Positions 13,644 to 26,529 of a DNA stretch of 64,000 nucleotides are shown one piece after another. Under the pieces are notes generated by a model, which saw only the letters and a program-made list of their open reading frames with translations, did no database searches and was not told the DNA's origin. This stretch comes from Squalus acanthias (lineage: Eukaryota). Numbering within the stretch: position 1 is the first letter of the stretch; each line of letters begins with the position of its first letter. The stretch is from positions 434,001 through 498,000 of the forward strand of contig JASTWF010000069.1 in assembly GCA_030390025.1 (NCBI GenBank), given 5' to 3'. Position numbers and translations under genes: made by a program.

Positions 13644-13938
13644 GGGAGTGATCAATGGGTTACACAGCTAAAGGTGGTCCTGAGACTGGGTTTGGACACT
13701 GTGTGACAGTAATGCTGAGATATAATACACGGAGTGCTCAATGGGTTACACAGCTAAAGGTGGTCCTGAGACTGGGTTTGGACACAGTGTGTGACAGTAA
13801 TGCTGAGATATAATACACAGGGAGTGCTCAATGGGTTACACAGCTAAAGGTGGTCCTGAGACTGGGTTTGGACACAGTGTGTGACAGTAATGCTGAGATA
13901 TAATACACAGGGACTGGAGTGCTCAATGGGTTACACAG
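13644..13938. repeat. Paralogous 90-bp tandem repeat (~3 units), no LTR
   Basis: Same unit; flanks ~11795-13640 duplicate much of ~55710-57220. Confidence 0.9.
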
Positions 13939-14028
13939 GAAGCTGCAACACAGGACTACATGCATGCTAAAAAGCAGAAGCAGCATGCTATAGACAGGGC
14001 TAAGCGATCCCACAATTAACAGATCAGA

Positions 14029-14395
14029 TTCCCGGGTGGGGAAAGAGCCTCAGTGAGTTTGTTACTGACTGGGTGAGGCAGAGTGGGAGCACCGACACAC
14101 AGCCTGGGGTCAGGGTCCCTCTCCCTCTCCCCGGGTGGGGAAAGAGCCTCAGTGAGTTTGTTACTGACTGGGTGAGGCAGAGTGGGAGCACCGACACACA
14201 GCCCGGGTCAGGGTCCCTCTCCCTCTCCCCGGGTGGGGAAAGAGCTTCAGTGAGTTTGTTACTGACTGGGTGAGGCAGAGTGTTTCATGTTTCTGTTTCC
14301 TGTTCTGTTCTGTTCTGTGTTTTCTGTTCTGTTCTGGTCTGTGTTTCCTGTTCTGTTCTGTTCTGTGTTTCCTGTTCTGTTCTGTGCTCTGCTCC
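14029..14395. repeat. ~101-bp tandem repeat (~2.5 units) followed by (ttctg)n microsatellite
   Basis: cccgggtggggaaagagcctcagtgagtttgttactgactgggtgaggcagag repeated; the same motif occurs at ~16262-16318, 26165-26260 and 29905-30015. Confidence 0.85.
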
Positions 14396-14833
14396 TGTCA
14401 CAGAAATGGGGCACAGCCTGAGCCTCTCACGGCGGCTAATCAGATTCCAGCCTTATATGGATAGTGACCCCAATCACGGGGCTGGTCGTCCTCCAGATCC
14501 GAATATAAATTCTCCAGTGCGTGATGTGACCATTGTCCACAGTGAAGAGAGACTCCGGGCAGAGCGAGCGATGGTAAAGGTTCTGACGAAAGGTCTTCGA
14601 CCTGAAACATTAACTCTGTTTTTCTCTCCACAGATGCTCTCTGGTCTGCTGAGTTTTCCAGCATTTTTTGTTGTTATTTCGGATTTCCAACATCCGCTGT
14701 ATTTTGCTGTTGTATATGTGATGGTCCCGGCGCTGCGGGGAGGGGGAGAGACCGGCCTCCGGGACTCTGTGTGGCTCAAATCACAAATTCAGTCTCCACA
14801 CAGCACAGATGTAACCAAGACCTTTACAGGGTG

Positions 14834-15993
14834 AATCTTTTATTCAAACCAATAATACCACTCATCAATTACATAGTAAATCCATTACATTCATCCATCA
14901 CAGTAAAACATAAAGCCTTAAAAACAGCCTTATAGTTAATATAAATGCAATGATTAATTTTACAAATAATCAATAATGTTTACAGTACAAATACCCTTAA
15001 ACAATACCACACTTTTTTTAGATTTAAAATAATAAATCTCAGTTAACTCCACATAAAACAACCCATTTCAACACCACAGTGTACAAACACATAGCACCAT
15101 CATAATCCAATTAAATGCTACAGATAACATTTGTTCCAATACACCAAGAAAACCTGTTTTATGCCAGTCCTACTGGCATTGTTCATTCGATCATTCATTC
15201 AATTGTTCGTCCGTTCATTCAAGCGTTCGTCCATTCGTTCACTCGAGCGTCCGTTCACACCTCTGCCGACCAGCCGCCCCGCCCTGGGCCCCCCGCCTGG
15301 GGTTCTCCGTGCTGGGCCTCCCGCCCAGGCCTCTCTCCTCTGGGTCTTCCACCTTGGGCCTTCTGCACCGGACCCTCCGCACCGGCATTCCCCGCGAGCA
15401 GCCGGGGTGAATCAACCGCATCTCCCGACTCCACCTCTGCCGACCAGCCGCCCCGCCCTGGGCCCCCCGCCTGGGGTTCTCTGTGCTGGGCCTCCCGCCC
15501 AGGCCACTCTCCTCCAGGTCTTCCACCTTGGGCCTTCTGCACCGGACCCTCCGCACCGGTATTCCCCGCAAGCAGCCGGGGTGTGGCGCTCACCCGTTCA
15601 CACAGCACCGAGTTGAGCTGAGAATCTCGCAGCCTCAGCTTCTGCCTCTGCCTCTGTCTGTCCTCCCCCGGGTGTTTGTGAAGCGGATAATGTGGAGTGC
15701 ATTAAACTAAAATAACATTTCCCGGGGAAACGATGCACTCCAGTCCCTGCGGCGCCCACCGGTCTCGGAAGGCTTCAAGTGTGCCGGCGGACACCGCGTG
15801 CTCCATCTCCAGGGCCACCCAGGCGCGAACATAGCCGCGGAAGAGAGGCAGGCAATTGGGCCGCACGACCCACTCGACCGCCCGCTGCCTGGACCTGTTA
15901 ATGGCCACTTTGGCCAGGCCCAGGAGCAGTCCTACGAGGAGGTCCTCCGACCTGCTCTCTCCCCTCCGCACCGGGTGACCGTAGATCAGGAGC
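14834..15993 (-). mobile_element. 5'-truncated Tx1-like non-LTR retrotransposon with 13-bp TSD
   Basis: ORF2 C-terminus LLIYGHPV…LLLGLAKVAI…EAFRDRWAPQG (stop at 15702). TSD cctttacagggtg at 14821-14833 and 15994-16006. Empty site in the inverted paralog near 30326-30340. Confidence 0.8.
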
Positions 15994-16171
15994 CCTTTAC
16001 AGGGTGTCAGGCTAACCTGCCGCGGTTTGATGTCTGGATGCTGCAAACTGATATGGGCGGGGGGACTGGGGGCTCGGTCTGTTTCTCCGGCTCTGAACAC
16101 ACGGACAGGAGGAGGAGCACTGAGAGAGACTGAGACTGAGAGAGCGACGTTATCCTTTAAAAAGGGGGCAC

Positions 16172-16191
16172 ATGCTGATCCTTAAATTGGG
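16172..16191 (+). CDS. Candidate exon 1 (start of signal peptide) of B7/butyrophilin-like gene
   Basis: atg ctg atc ctt aaa ttg gg|gtaaga; joined to 16691 it gives MLILKLGLLNLLLNTAGVSG. Confidence 0.5.
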
Positions 16192-16690
16192 GTAAGAGAG
16201 AGAGAGAGAGAGAGAGACTGACTGGGAGAGGGGTTGTCGTGGCCCCCCGTGTCCGCACTCACACTCTGCCTCACCCAGTCAGTAACAAACTCACTGAGGC
16301 TCTTTCCCCACCTGGGGAGAGTCACCCCGCGGGTTAAGGGCCGCTCACTGTGCGGGGTTAAAATCTCCTTTTTCTCCGCTGTGATTTGGGTGTTTGAGCT
16401 GCTCTGAAAAGGGGGCGATTCTGTTCCATTCCTGTGCTTTGTGTCGCTGCCCCTGGGGCAGAGTCTCCTAAAGGGGCTGTTAGACAAGGCAACTCCTCAC
16501 CAGGCGGAGGAGGGAGGGTGAGAGAAGTTTAAATCACAAAACTCTCAATTACAGCAAGTGGGACATTGGAGGAATTGGTGGGTGGAGACTCATTGATCGC
16601 CTGTCAATCATCACCCTGGGGAAATGACCCTGAGCAGGAGGAAGGAACTGTGCAAAGGCTTCACTCTGCTTTCTTGTTGCAGGGACCCAG

Positions 16691-16728
16691 TTTGCTGAAC
16701 CTGCTGCTGAATACTGCTGGGGTTTCGG
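16691..16728 (+). CDS. Candidate exon 2 (rest of signal peptide)
   Basis: Acceptor cccAG at 16689-16690 (a competing AG lies at 16681-16682); encodes LLNLLLNTAGVS; phase-1 donor g|gtcagt matches the V exon. Confidence 0.5.
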
Positions 16729-17990
16729 GTCAGTGCTGTGACGCGAGTAACATTTCAGTTCAAGTGTCAGTGGTTGATTCGTTGGGTCAGTGTCGAAGCC
16801 TGGGGGTGTGTGTGGACCTCAGTCCCTAATCCAGCGGCAGTTTGGCTCTCTTACTGCCAGTTAACCGCCAGTGTGGGTCATTGATATTAATTGCATCAGG
16901 AAATCCTCGAGTTTGGAAGCACTGTATGTACTGCCTGTGGGCCATTGAGGGAGTGGACACAGTAGGTGAACTGAGAGCTGAAAGGAAGGCAGGTAATGTC
17001 TTCAGATTAACCCCTGTGATGTGATCCGCTGCTTTTGGTTCGTTTGATTCAGCCATTCCCAGGCTTCGGGTTGTAGTAATAAAGATAGTTCAATGAATAC
17101 ATTGAAAATGTTTGATGAAACGTAACATCTTATTTTGGACATTAGAAATTTGGCACTGATGCATAAACTAAACAAACTTTAAAATCCAATTTGAAGTTTA
17201 TTTGTTGCAAAGTGTGATGCTGAGGTGGTTTTGACATAAATGTTTACGTAGGAAATCTCCATTTTAAATCTTTCCAATTAAAAATTACAAAAGAAATAAT
17301 TGCTTGGTATAGACGGGACTTGTCGCTATAAATTATAAAATTCTCATCCTTGTGTTCAAATCCCTCCATGGCCCTCGCCCCTCCCTATCTCTGTAACCTC
17401 CTCCAACCCTTCCAGATCTCTGCGCTCCTCCAATTCTGGCCTCTTGCGCATCCCCCGATTTCCATCGCTCCACCATTGGCGGCCGTGCCTTCAGCTGCCT
17501 GGGCCCCGAGCTCTGGAATTCCCTCCCTAAACCTCTCCGCCTCTCTCTCCTTTAAGACGCTGCTGAGAACCTACATCTTTGACAGAGTGTTTGGTCACCT
17601 GTCCTAATATCTCCTTATGTGGCTCGGTGTCAAATTTTATTCGTTGATCGCTGCTGTGAAGCTTGGAAACACAAGGCCAGAGAATGAATAACACCCGGGC
17701 TGAGAAAAAGGCCTTGTCTTATCAGGGTATGATGCGTTTCCAAACTGTCTGTTGTTCGTACATCGCCCTTTCCTCCACAGTTTCACTCACACTAAAAATA
17801 CTAAGGGAAAGGATGCTATATAAATGGTGCTTGTTGTAAATAGTACATGCCTGAGCTTCAGCCTTCCCACAGCAGTGAAAGCAGTGAGTTACTGGTCAGA
17901 GCTTCTTGCAGTGTAACCCTGTGAAGCTTGGGATGTAATGTTCCAGCAGGGAGGTTATATCTGAGGATAAATACTTTGAATCTTTTCCAG

Positions 17991-18335
17991 GTTCTTTGCC
18001 TGTCAGAGTTTCCGGGTTCCTTGGGGGGCAGGTTGAGCTGCCCTGTACCTACAAAGGGAATGCCCCAGTCCCAGATTTACAAGTCATTTGGCGAATACCC
18101 GGGCCTGAAGTTGTCCACCAGTTTGTCGATGGGAACGATGATTTGACACAGCAAGACCCGCGGTTCAGAAACAGAACAAACCTCTTCAAAGATCAACTGG
18201 AACACGGCAACTGGTCAGTTCTGCTCTCTGACCTCAGGGAGTCTGACCATAACGAGTATGAGTGTCTGATTTTCAGGAGGACGGGTGAGGGCTTTCATTG
18301 GCAGCAAGCTGTTCTCGTCCATCTCTCTGTAACAG
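17991..18335 (+). CDS. Intact Ig V-set exon, B7/butyrophilin family-like
   Basis: ttttccAG|…|GTgag, 345 bp, phase 1-1. Motifs GQVELPC, VIW, QDPRFRNRTNLFKDQLEHGNWSVLLSDLRESD and EYEC are typical of B7/BTN V domains. Confidence 0.9.
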
Positions 18336-18384
18336 GTGAGAGGTTTCTGTTTCTGCATTGATCAGGAGTCTGTCAGCAATTTTA

Positions 18385-18692
18385 TGGGTACGATAGTGCA
18401 GGGGTTCTGTTGCTAGATTAATAAGCCAGAGGTCTGGGCTCATAATCCAGAGAAGGTGAGTTCAAATCCCACCATGGCACTTTGAGAATTTGAGAATAAA
18501 TCTGCAAATAAAAAGTTGGTATCAATAGAAGTGACCATGAAGCTGTTGAATTGCCATAAAACCCAACTGGTTCACTGATGTCCTTAAGGGAAGGAAACCT
18601 GCCGTCCTTACCCGGTCTGGTCTATAGGTGACTCCAGTCCCACACCAATGTGGTTGGCTTTTCACGGCCCTCTGTGGCCCAGCAAGCCAATC
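18385..18692 (+). mobile_element. tRNA-derived SINE (LF-SINE-like) in the V-TM intron
   Basis: B-box gagttcaaatccc and body ggttcactgatgtccttaagggaaggaaacc. Confidence 0.5.
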
Positions 18693-19399
18693 AGTTTCTA
18701 TCAAACCACTAGAAAGATAAACAAGAATTAAATTGGACAAGCCAGGCATCGAACCAGGACACAGGAAAGGCAAATCCAGCCCAGTCAACCCTGCAAAGTC
18801 CTCCTCACTAACATCTGGGGCCTGGTGCCCAAGTCGGGAGAGCTGTGTGACATGGTCATGCTCCCAGAATCAACCCTAAATCCAGACTCCTCTATTACCA
18901 TCCCCGGGTATGTCCTGTCCCACCGGCAGGACAGACCCACCAGAGGTGGGGGCTCAGTGGTATACAGGCGGGTGGGAGTGGCCCCGGGAGTCCTCAACAT
19001 TGACGACAATGGGGAGTAATATTGGGCCGGGTGTGAAACCGGCGTTCCACCCGATCCCAAGACTTCCCCGACCCACAGATTAGTTTAAAATTCCCCCTCT
19101 GTTTCAGTGGGCTGTTGGGTTTAATTGTAGGGAGGCTGCTGCTTGTCAGTCTCCAGTTATCTCTATCGGAAAGCCTGTATCGATCGCATTGTGGGGCAGT
19201 GTGTGTGTGTTCAAGGAGCTGTGGGCTGGCCTGGTGTGTGTGAGATTATTGGAATCTAACCTCTCCCATCGCTCCGGGGCTAGAATTGACCAGGGATCTA
19301 TTTGTGCTGGGGATGGTTCTGAAGCACTCGGTGCTGAAGGTCTCTGCTGTTAGTTTTGTGAGTGTGTCCCGGTCTGTTAATGGTTTATTCTGTCTCTAG

Positions 19400-19502
19400 A
19401 TCCTGGACTCTCTACTGGAGCAGCAGTTGGATTGGGAATCGGAATTCTTGCTCTTCTTACTCTTGCTGTCATTGGGGTTTTCCTGATCCGAAAGCGACGG
19501 TG
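19400..19502 (+). CDS. Transmembrane exon of the B7-like gene (missed by the ORF track)
   Basis: tctctAG|…|GTgagt; phase 1 entry; DPGLSTGAAVGLGIGILALLTLAVIGVFLIRKRR, a hydrophobic helix with basic stop-transfer residues. Confidence 0.85.
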
Positions 19503-21867
19503 GTGAGTTCTAGAATGTGCCGCAGTTTCCATTGTTGATTCTAGTTTTGTTCGATTACACTTTGTGTTTAAAGATGTTGTGTGCAGCGATACACTTTGAG
19601 CTGTGTGCGATGCTTCAATGTAGCATTATCCCGTCACTTCCAGCTTGTTGTCATCTCTGTTGCTCCGTTCACTAGCCACCGACTCCATCCCTCTCCCTGG
19701 CCACTGTCTGAGGCTGAACCAGTTCACAACCTCGGTGTCTTATTAGACCCTGAGCTGAGCTTCCGACCCGTATCCTCCCCATCACCAAGACCGCCTACTT
19801 CCACCTCCGTAACATCGCCCGTCTCCGCCCCTACCTCAGCTCATCTGCTGCTGAAACCCTCATCCATGCCTTACCGCAAAACTCGACCATTCCAAAACTC
19901 TCCTTTCTGTATCCTAACTCACACCAAGTCCCGTTCACCCATCACCCTCTGTGTTCACTGACCTACATTCATCCTCCTGTTCAAATCCCTCCGTGGCCTC
20001 CTCCAGCCCCACAACCCTCGAGATCTCTGCACTCCTCCAATTCTGGCCTCTTGAGCATCCCTGATTTCCATCGCTCCACCATTGGTGGCCGTGCCTTCAG
20101 CTGCCTGGGCCCTAAGCTCTGGAATTCCCTCCATAAACCTCTCCGCCTCTCTTCCTCCTTTAAGATGCTCCTTAAAACCTACCTCTTTGACCAAGTTTTT
20201 GGTCGCCTGTCCTAATATCTCCTTATGTGGCTCGCTGTCAAATTTTGTTTGATCGCCACTGTGAAGCACCTTGGGCGATAAAGGCGCTATATAAATTCAA
20301 GCTGTTGCTCTATCTCCACTCGTGCTTACATTTTTCAAACCACCCCCTTGACCCGGCCATCAGTGATTCCGATCACTGAGAAGGCCATCCTGGATTTCCT
20401 CGTCTCCCTCAACATCCACATCTCCCTGCCCACCTCTTACCCCCCACTTCCCCCTTTGCCCCCCGATGGGGAGATGGAACTATTGCTGGGATCTCTAACT
20501 CTTCTCTGGTCTTTCCCCGTCACGATATTTCTGCCTCCGTTAGCCTGTTTGGCCACTGCTGGAACAGGCTTGACCACATCAAGGAATACCATCTCCATCT
20601 GTGGCTCTCAGTACTTCAGGATCAGCCTGGAGAGTACGGACATGCCCAACATCCTCCTGTCTGATCTGATCCCCATCATCTTCAGCTCAGTGTTAACCCA
20701 GGTCCTCATCAATTCTTCTTAATCTCCAAAATTGAGGCTAGCTGTCATTTTTCTATTTCTCTGGTGCCTCAGGCAGCACGGGTCCTGTGGAGTGTACAGC
20801 TCCTGCCCATTGCCTCCCCTATAAACCTCCTCTCCTCTACACTCTGCTCCATCAACGTGCAGCTCCTGTGACACATTTTCCAGCTACCAGTGGTGCCCAG
20901 GATGTTGTGTAATTTAATCGGTCTGTGCTCCTGAACGGCTCCTTTACACACTTGTCCAAAGTGTTGGATCCTTTTAACGTAACCTGCACTCTGCTGGTTT
21001 CTCTCTCCTAGGAACTGTGTTCGAAATAGAGACTCCAGCAATCCAGAAGCAGCACCCACTGACGACCCTTTGACAAACGTGACTTGTTTGGATGAAGCAC
21101 GGAGCCTTGTGACAACAGCAGCTGAGCATCAGAATGGAGCGGCTGGAGAACAAAACCTTCTGGGGAATCTGACTGTCCAGCACTGACTGAGTTTACATAG
21201 AAACATAGAATCTAGGAGCAGGAGTAGGCCATTCGGCCCGTCGAGCCTGCTCCACCATTCAATACGATCATGGCTGATCATTCAAATCCAGTACCCTGTC
21301 CTGCTTTAATCCCCACAGTACACATATCCCACCCTAGCCCCGTAACCCCACGTATTTAATTCCCCCTAACATATCCCATCCTATCCCCATAACCCCACAT
21401 ATTTAATCCCCCCCCCCCTAACACTAAGGGTCAATTTATCATAGCCAATTTATTTACGCTGCACTGTGCCTGTATATATTTTATATATATATTTTTTATG
21501 TATATTTTTATATATATATATATTTAAAGTATATATATTTTGGAATGTCACTTTTCTATATGTACATTTTGAACCTGTGAATAAAGGGAAGCCCCTGTTT
21601 ATACGATTGGATGTACAGTCTTGCTTTGTTTAAGGACCGAAAGCAGAGTAACGGTGAACGGTTGTTTTTCAGACAGGAGGGAGGTATACAGTGGTGTCCA
21701 AGGGCTTGCTGTTGGGACCACTGCTCTTTTGATGTATATTAATGACCTGGTCTTGGGTATACAGGGCATCATTTCAAAGTTTGCAGATGATACGGAACTC
21801 TGAAATGTAATAAGACAGCGAGATGGGGCAGGAACAGACTTCAGGAGGATCGAGATCGAGACAGACT

Positions 21868-22772
21868 GAATCATAGAATAGAATCATAGAATAGAATCAT
21901 AGAAATTTACAGCACAGAAGGAGGCCATTCGACTCACAGTGTCTGTGCCGGCCGAATGAGCTATCCAGTCTAATCCCACTTTCCAGCTCTTGGTCCATGG
22001 CCCTGTAGGTTACGGCACTTCAAGTGCATATCCAAGAACTTTTTAAATGTGATGAGTGTTTCTGCCTCTACCACCCTTTCAGGCAGTGAGTTCCAGACCC
22101 CCACCACCCTCTGGGTGAAAAAAGTTCTCCTCAACTCCCCTCTAATCCTTCTACCAATTACTTTAAATCACTGCCCCCTGGTTATTGACCTCTCTGCTAG
22201 GGGAAATAGGTCCTTCCTATCCACTCTATCTAAGCCCCTCATCATTTTATACACCTCAATTAAGTCCTTCCCTCAGCCTCCTCTGTTCCAAAGAAAACAA
22301 CCCCAGCCTATCCAATCTTTCCTCATAGCAGAAATTCTCCAGTCCTGGCAACATCCTCGGAAATCTCCTCTGTACCCTCTCCAGTGCAATCACGTCTTTC
22401 CTGTAATGTGGTGACCAGACCTGTACACAGTATTCTAGCTGTGGCCTAACTAGTGTTTTATACAATTCAAGCATAACCTTCCTGCTCTTATATTCTATGC
22501 CTCGGCTAATAAAGGAAAGTATCCCGTATGCCTTCTTAACCGCCTTATCTACCTGTCCTGCCACCTTCAGGGATTTGTGGACATGCACTCCAAGGAGCCT
22601 CTGTTCCTCTGCAAATCTCAGTATCTGACCATTTATTGTGTATTCCCTTGCCTTGTTAGCCCTCCACAAATGCATTACCTCACACTTCTCCAGTTTGAAT
22701 TCCATTTGCCACTTCTCTGCCCACCTGACCAGTCCATTGATATCTTCTTGTAGTCTACAGCTTTCTTCCTCA
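21868..22772 (-). mobile_element. CR1 3' fragment
   Basis: [19 protein letters not shown]…; inverted paralog of ~55300-56195. Confidence 0.9.
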
Positions 22773-22774
22773 CT

Positions 22775-23180
22775 TCGAGACACACAACAACACAAAATCA
22801 TCGAGCAGAAACTGATAGCCAAGTTCCGCTCCCATGAGGACGGCCTCAACCGGGATCTCGGTTTCATGTCACGCTACAGGACGTGACTTGATGTGATTTA
22901 CAGTTTTTAAAAAAAGTAAAAAGCTTAACTGAAGACTGCAGCATTTGACACGTTGGACCCCCTGTGACCCCACCTCATTGTCTTAGCTGTACTCTGCTGT
23001 GTCTTTGATGTAATGCCTCCCTGACGGATTGTATCTCTGCAGACACATTGTTCTCTGTCTATATATACTTTGTAACCGATTTGTATTCCCTCACTGTACC
23101 TGATGAAGGAGCAGCGCTCCGAAAGCTCGTAATTTCAAATAAAACTGTTGGACTATAACCAGGTGTTGTGCGACTTCTCA
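22775..23180 (+). mobile_element. Penelope-like element 3' end with hammerhead-like motif
   Basis: GIY-YIG C-terminal-like KIIEQKLIAKFRSHEDGLNRDLGFMSRY; ctgatga…gaaa at 23100-23124. Confidence 0.7.
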
Positions 23181-24341
23181 AATTGGAAAGTGGGCTGGGA
23201 GGTGAAAGGTCAAACTCAATGGCCAACTTCAGAAAGCTCAGTCTATTGGGGGGAAAAACACATTCAGGAAGCCCAGAGAAGGAGCTGTAGGGGGGAAAAT
23301 GTTTAATGAGATGGGAGAAGCAGTTGGATTTACCCTCAAGGTTTTTTTGGGGAAAGAATGAGTTTATTGGCTGGGATTGAGGCTTCCTGGAGGAGGGTGA
23401 CAGGACAAGGAGGATAACAAGTCTTCTTTCTCTTCTGTGCCCAGTGCCACATTCTTCGAGAAAACCTCCCAAACACGTCCCCTCCAGCCCCCCTCCTAGA
23501 AGGACAAGGACAGCATGGGAACACCATCGCCTCCAAGTTCCCCCTCCGAGTCACACACACACTGTCCCCGACTTGGAGATATATCGGCCGTTCCGTCATC
23601 GTCGCCGGGTGAAAATCCCGCAACTCCCGACCTAATGGTGCCGCGGGAGCTCCTTCACCACACGGGATGGTGGCGGTTCAAGAAGAAGGCCCGCCAACAC
23701 TTTCTCTAGGGACGACGAGGGATGGGCAATAAATGCCGGCCTTGCCAGCGACATCTCGAGAATTATTATTTCAAAAATGTGGCAACTCATTCGTTCCACT
23801 GCTTTTACATCCAGTAGATTGTGCTCCATTATGAAGACCCTTTTTATATGGACGGGTCCTTAGCCTGATGAACAATGCCCTACCAGGAGGGTCCGGCTAG
23901 ATACGATGGGTGTCGGGTTGACACTCCGCTCCCATCGGGCAGCAGAACCTCGCTGGATGTCAACCCGGTATTCAGAGACTGGAATTCTCGCCTCCGCTCG
24001 CCAGTGTAGAGGTAACAAGTAGGGATCGGAATAAAGAGGTAAAAAGGTGTCTGATGAAAAAGCCACAGCCATGAGGAGGTTCAATGTGTCTCAGATACTG
24101 GAACAAGCCCAGCAGCAACCAATGGAGGGTTCAATATGTCCTGGACATTGAAGTAAACTCAATCGCGATGATTGAGGAAGGTCGAGTTGATCCTGGAGAA
24201 TGCTTGCAATCAGAAGTAGTGTGTCTAGAGGCCACACGGACAGTCAAACATGACCCAAATCATAGCAACACGAGGAGAGACCCCCAACCAACAGTCCAAT
24301 GTATCTCGGAAAGGTAATCCCATTTTCAGTTTTTTCACTTT

Positions 24342-26031
24342 ACATCGCTCGTTTTGCACTGAGTCCACCCCATCCCCCGCCCCGCCCCGGATTACATCGC
24401 TCGTTTTGCACTGAGTCCAGCCCATCCCCCCCCGGATACCATCACTCGTTTTGCACTGAGTCCAGCCCATCCCCCCCCGGATACATCGCTCGTTTTGCAC
24501 TGAGTCCAGCCCATCCCCCCCCCCGGAATACATCACTCGTTTTGCACTGAGTCCAGCCCCTCCCCCCCCCCCGGATTACATCACTCGTTTTGCACTGAGT
24601 CCAGCCCATCCCCCCCCCCGGATACCATCGCTCGTTTTGCACTGAGTCCAGCCCCTCCCCCTCCCGGATTACATCGCTCGTTTTGCACTGAGTCCAGCCC
24701 CTCCCCCTCCCGGATTACATCGCTCGTTTTGCACTGAGTCCAGCCCATCCCCCCCCCGGATACATCGCTCGTTTTGCACTGAGTCCATCCCATCCCCCCC
24801 GGATACCATCGCTCGTTTTGCACTGAGTCCAGCCCATCCCCCCCCCCCCCCCCCGGAATACATCACTCGTTTTGCACTGAGTCCAGCCCATCCCCCCCCG
24901 ATACATCGCTCGTTTTGCACTGAGTCCAGCCCCTCCCCCCCGGATACCATCGCTCGTTTTGCACTGAGTCCAGCCCCTCCCCCCCGGATACCATCGCTCG
25001 TTTTGCACTGAGTCCAGCCCATCCCCCCCCCCCCCCGGATTACATCACTCGTTTTGCACTGAGTCCAGCCCATCCCCCCCCCGGATACCATCGCTCGTTT
25101 TGCACTGAGTCCAGCCCCTCCCCCTCCCGGATTACATCGCTCGTTTTGCACTGAGTCCAGCCCCCCCCCCCCCGGAATACATCGCTCGTTTTGCACTGAG
25201 TCCAGCCCATCCCCCCCCCCCCCCGGAATACATCGCTCGTTTTGCACTGAGTCCAGCCCATCCCCCCCCCCCCCCGGAATACATCGCTCGTTTTGCACTG
25301 AGTCCAGCCCCCCCCCCCCCCCGGAATACATCGCTCGTTTTGCACTGAGTCCAGCCCATCCCCCCCCCCCCCCCCCGGAATACATCGCTCGTTTTGCACT
25401 GAGTCCAGCCCCCCCCCCCCCCCCGGAATACATCACTCGTTTTGCACTGAGTCCAGCCCCTCCCCCCCCCGGAATACATCACTCGTTTTGCACTGAGTCC
25501 AGCCCATCCCCCCCCGATACATCGCTCGTTTTGCACTGAGTCCAGCCCATCCCCCCCGGATACATCGCTCGTTTTGCACTGAGTCCATCCCATCCCCCCC
25601 GGATACCATCGCTCGTTTTGCACTGAGTCCAGCCCATCCCCCCCGGATACCATCGCTCGTTTTGCACTGAGTCCAGCCCATCCCCCCCGGATACCATGGC
25701 TCGTTTTGCACTGAGTCCAGCCCATCCCCCCCGGATACCATCGCTCGTTTTGCACTGAGTCCAGCCCCTCCCCCCCCCCCCCCCCCCCCCGGAATACATC
25801 GCTCGTTTTGCACTGAGTCCAGCCCATCCCCCCCGGATACATCGCTCGTTTTGCACTGAGTCCATCCCATCCCCCCCGGATACCATCGCTCGTTTTGCAC
25901 TGAGTCCAGCCCATCCCCCCCGGATACCATGGCTCGTTTTACACTGAGTCCACCCCCCGGATACATCGCTCGTTTTGCACTGAGTCCAGCCCATCCCCCC
26001 CGGATACAATGGCTCGTTTTGCACTGAGTCC
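24342..26031. repeat. ~40-bp minisatellite with variable poly-C tract
   Basis: Unit catcgctcgttttgcactgagtccagcccat(c)nggatac. Confidence 0.95.
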
Positions 26032-26379
26032 ATTCCGCACCAAATGGTTAAAACCTGAGGCGATGACGTCACTGCCCAAACTGCGACAGCCGGCGAGCCG
26101 AGTCTGGGCTCTGATTGGCCGAGGGAGGCTCTGGCTGTTCCCCAGTTTGTGTGACCGCAACATTCCGCCTCACCCAGTCAGTAAACTCACTGAGACTCTT
26201 TCCCCACCCGGGGAGAGGGAGAGGGACCCTGACCCCGGGCTGTGTGTCGGTGCTCCCACAGCAGTGAAAGCAGTGAGTTACTGGTCAGAGCTTCTTGCAG
26301 TGTATCCCTGTGAAACTTGGGATGTAATGTTCCAGCAGGGAGGTTATATCTGTGGATAAATACTTTGAATATTATCCAG

Positions 26380-26529
26380 GTTCTTTGCCTGTCACAGTTT
26401 CTGTGTTCCTTGGGGGGCAGGTTGTGCTGCCCTGTACCTACAAAGGGAATGCCCCAGTCCCAGATTTACAAGTCCTTTGGCGAATACCTGGGCGTGAAGT
26501 TTTGCACAAGTTTGTCGATGGGAATGATG
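26380..26529 (+). pseudogene. Truncated IgV exon copy
   Basis: GSLPVTVSVFLGGQVVLPCTYKG…VLHKFVDGND, then the 33-bp array. Confidence 0.85.

Noticed and set aside
17991-18335. Rearranging Ig, TCR or IgNAR V segment
   Set aside because: The exon encodes a complete V domain including the G strand and ends in a splice donor; there is no RSS, and the motifs are B7/BTN-type
20340-21190. Possible degraded coding sequence, partly duplicated at 58810-59218
   Set aside because: I found no recognisable domain or convincing exon boundaries, so it is left unassigned
24342-26031. CRISPR-like pattern of a constant repeat with variable intervening sequence
   Set aside because: The variable parts are only poly-C length variants, not unique spacers; the context is eukaryotic and there are no cas genes
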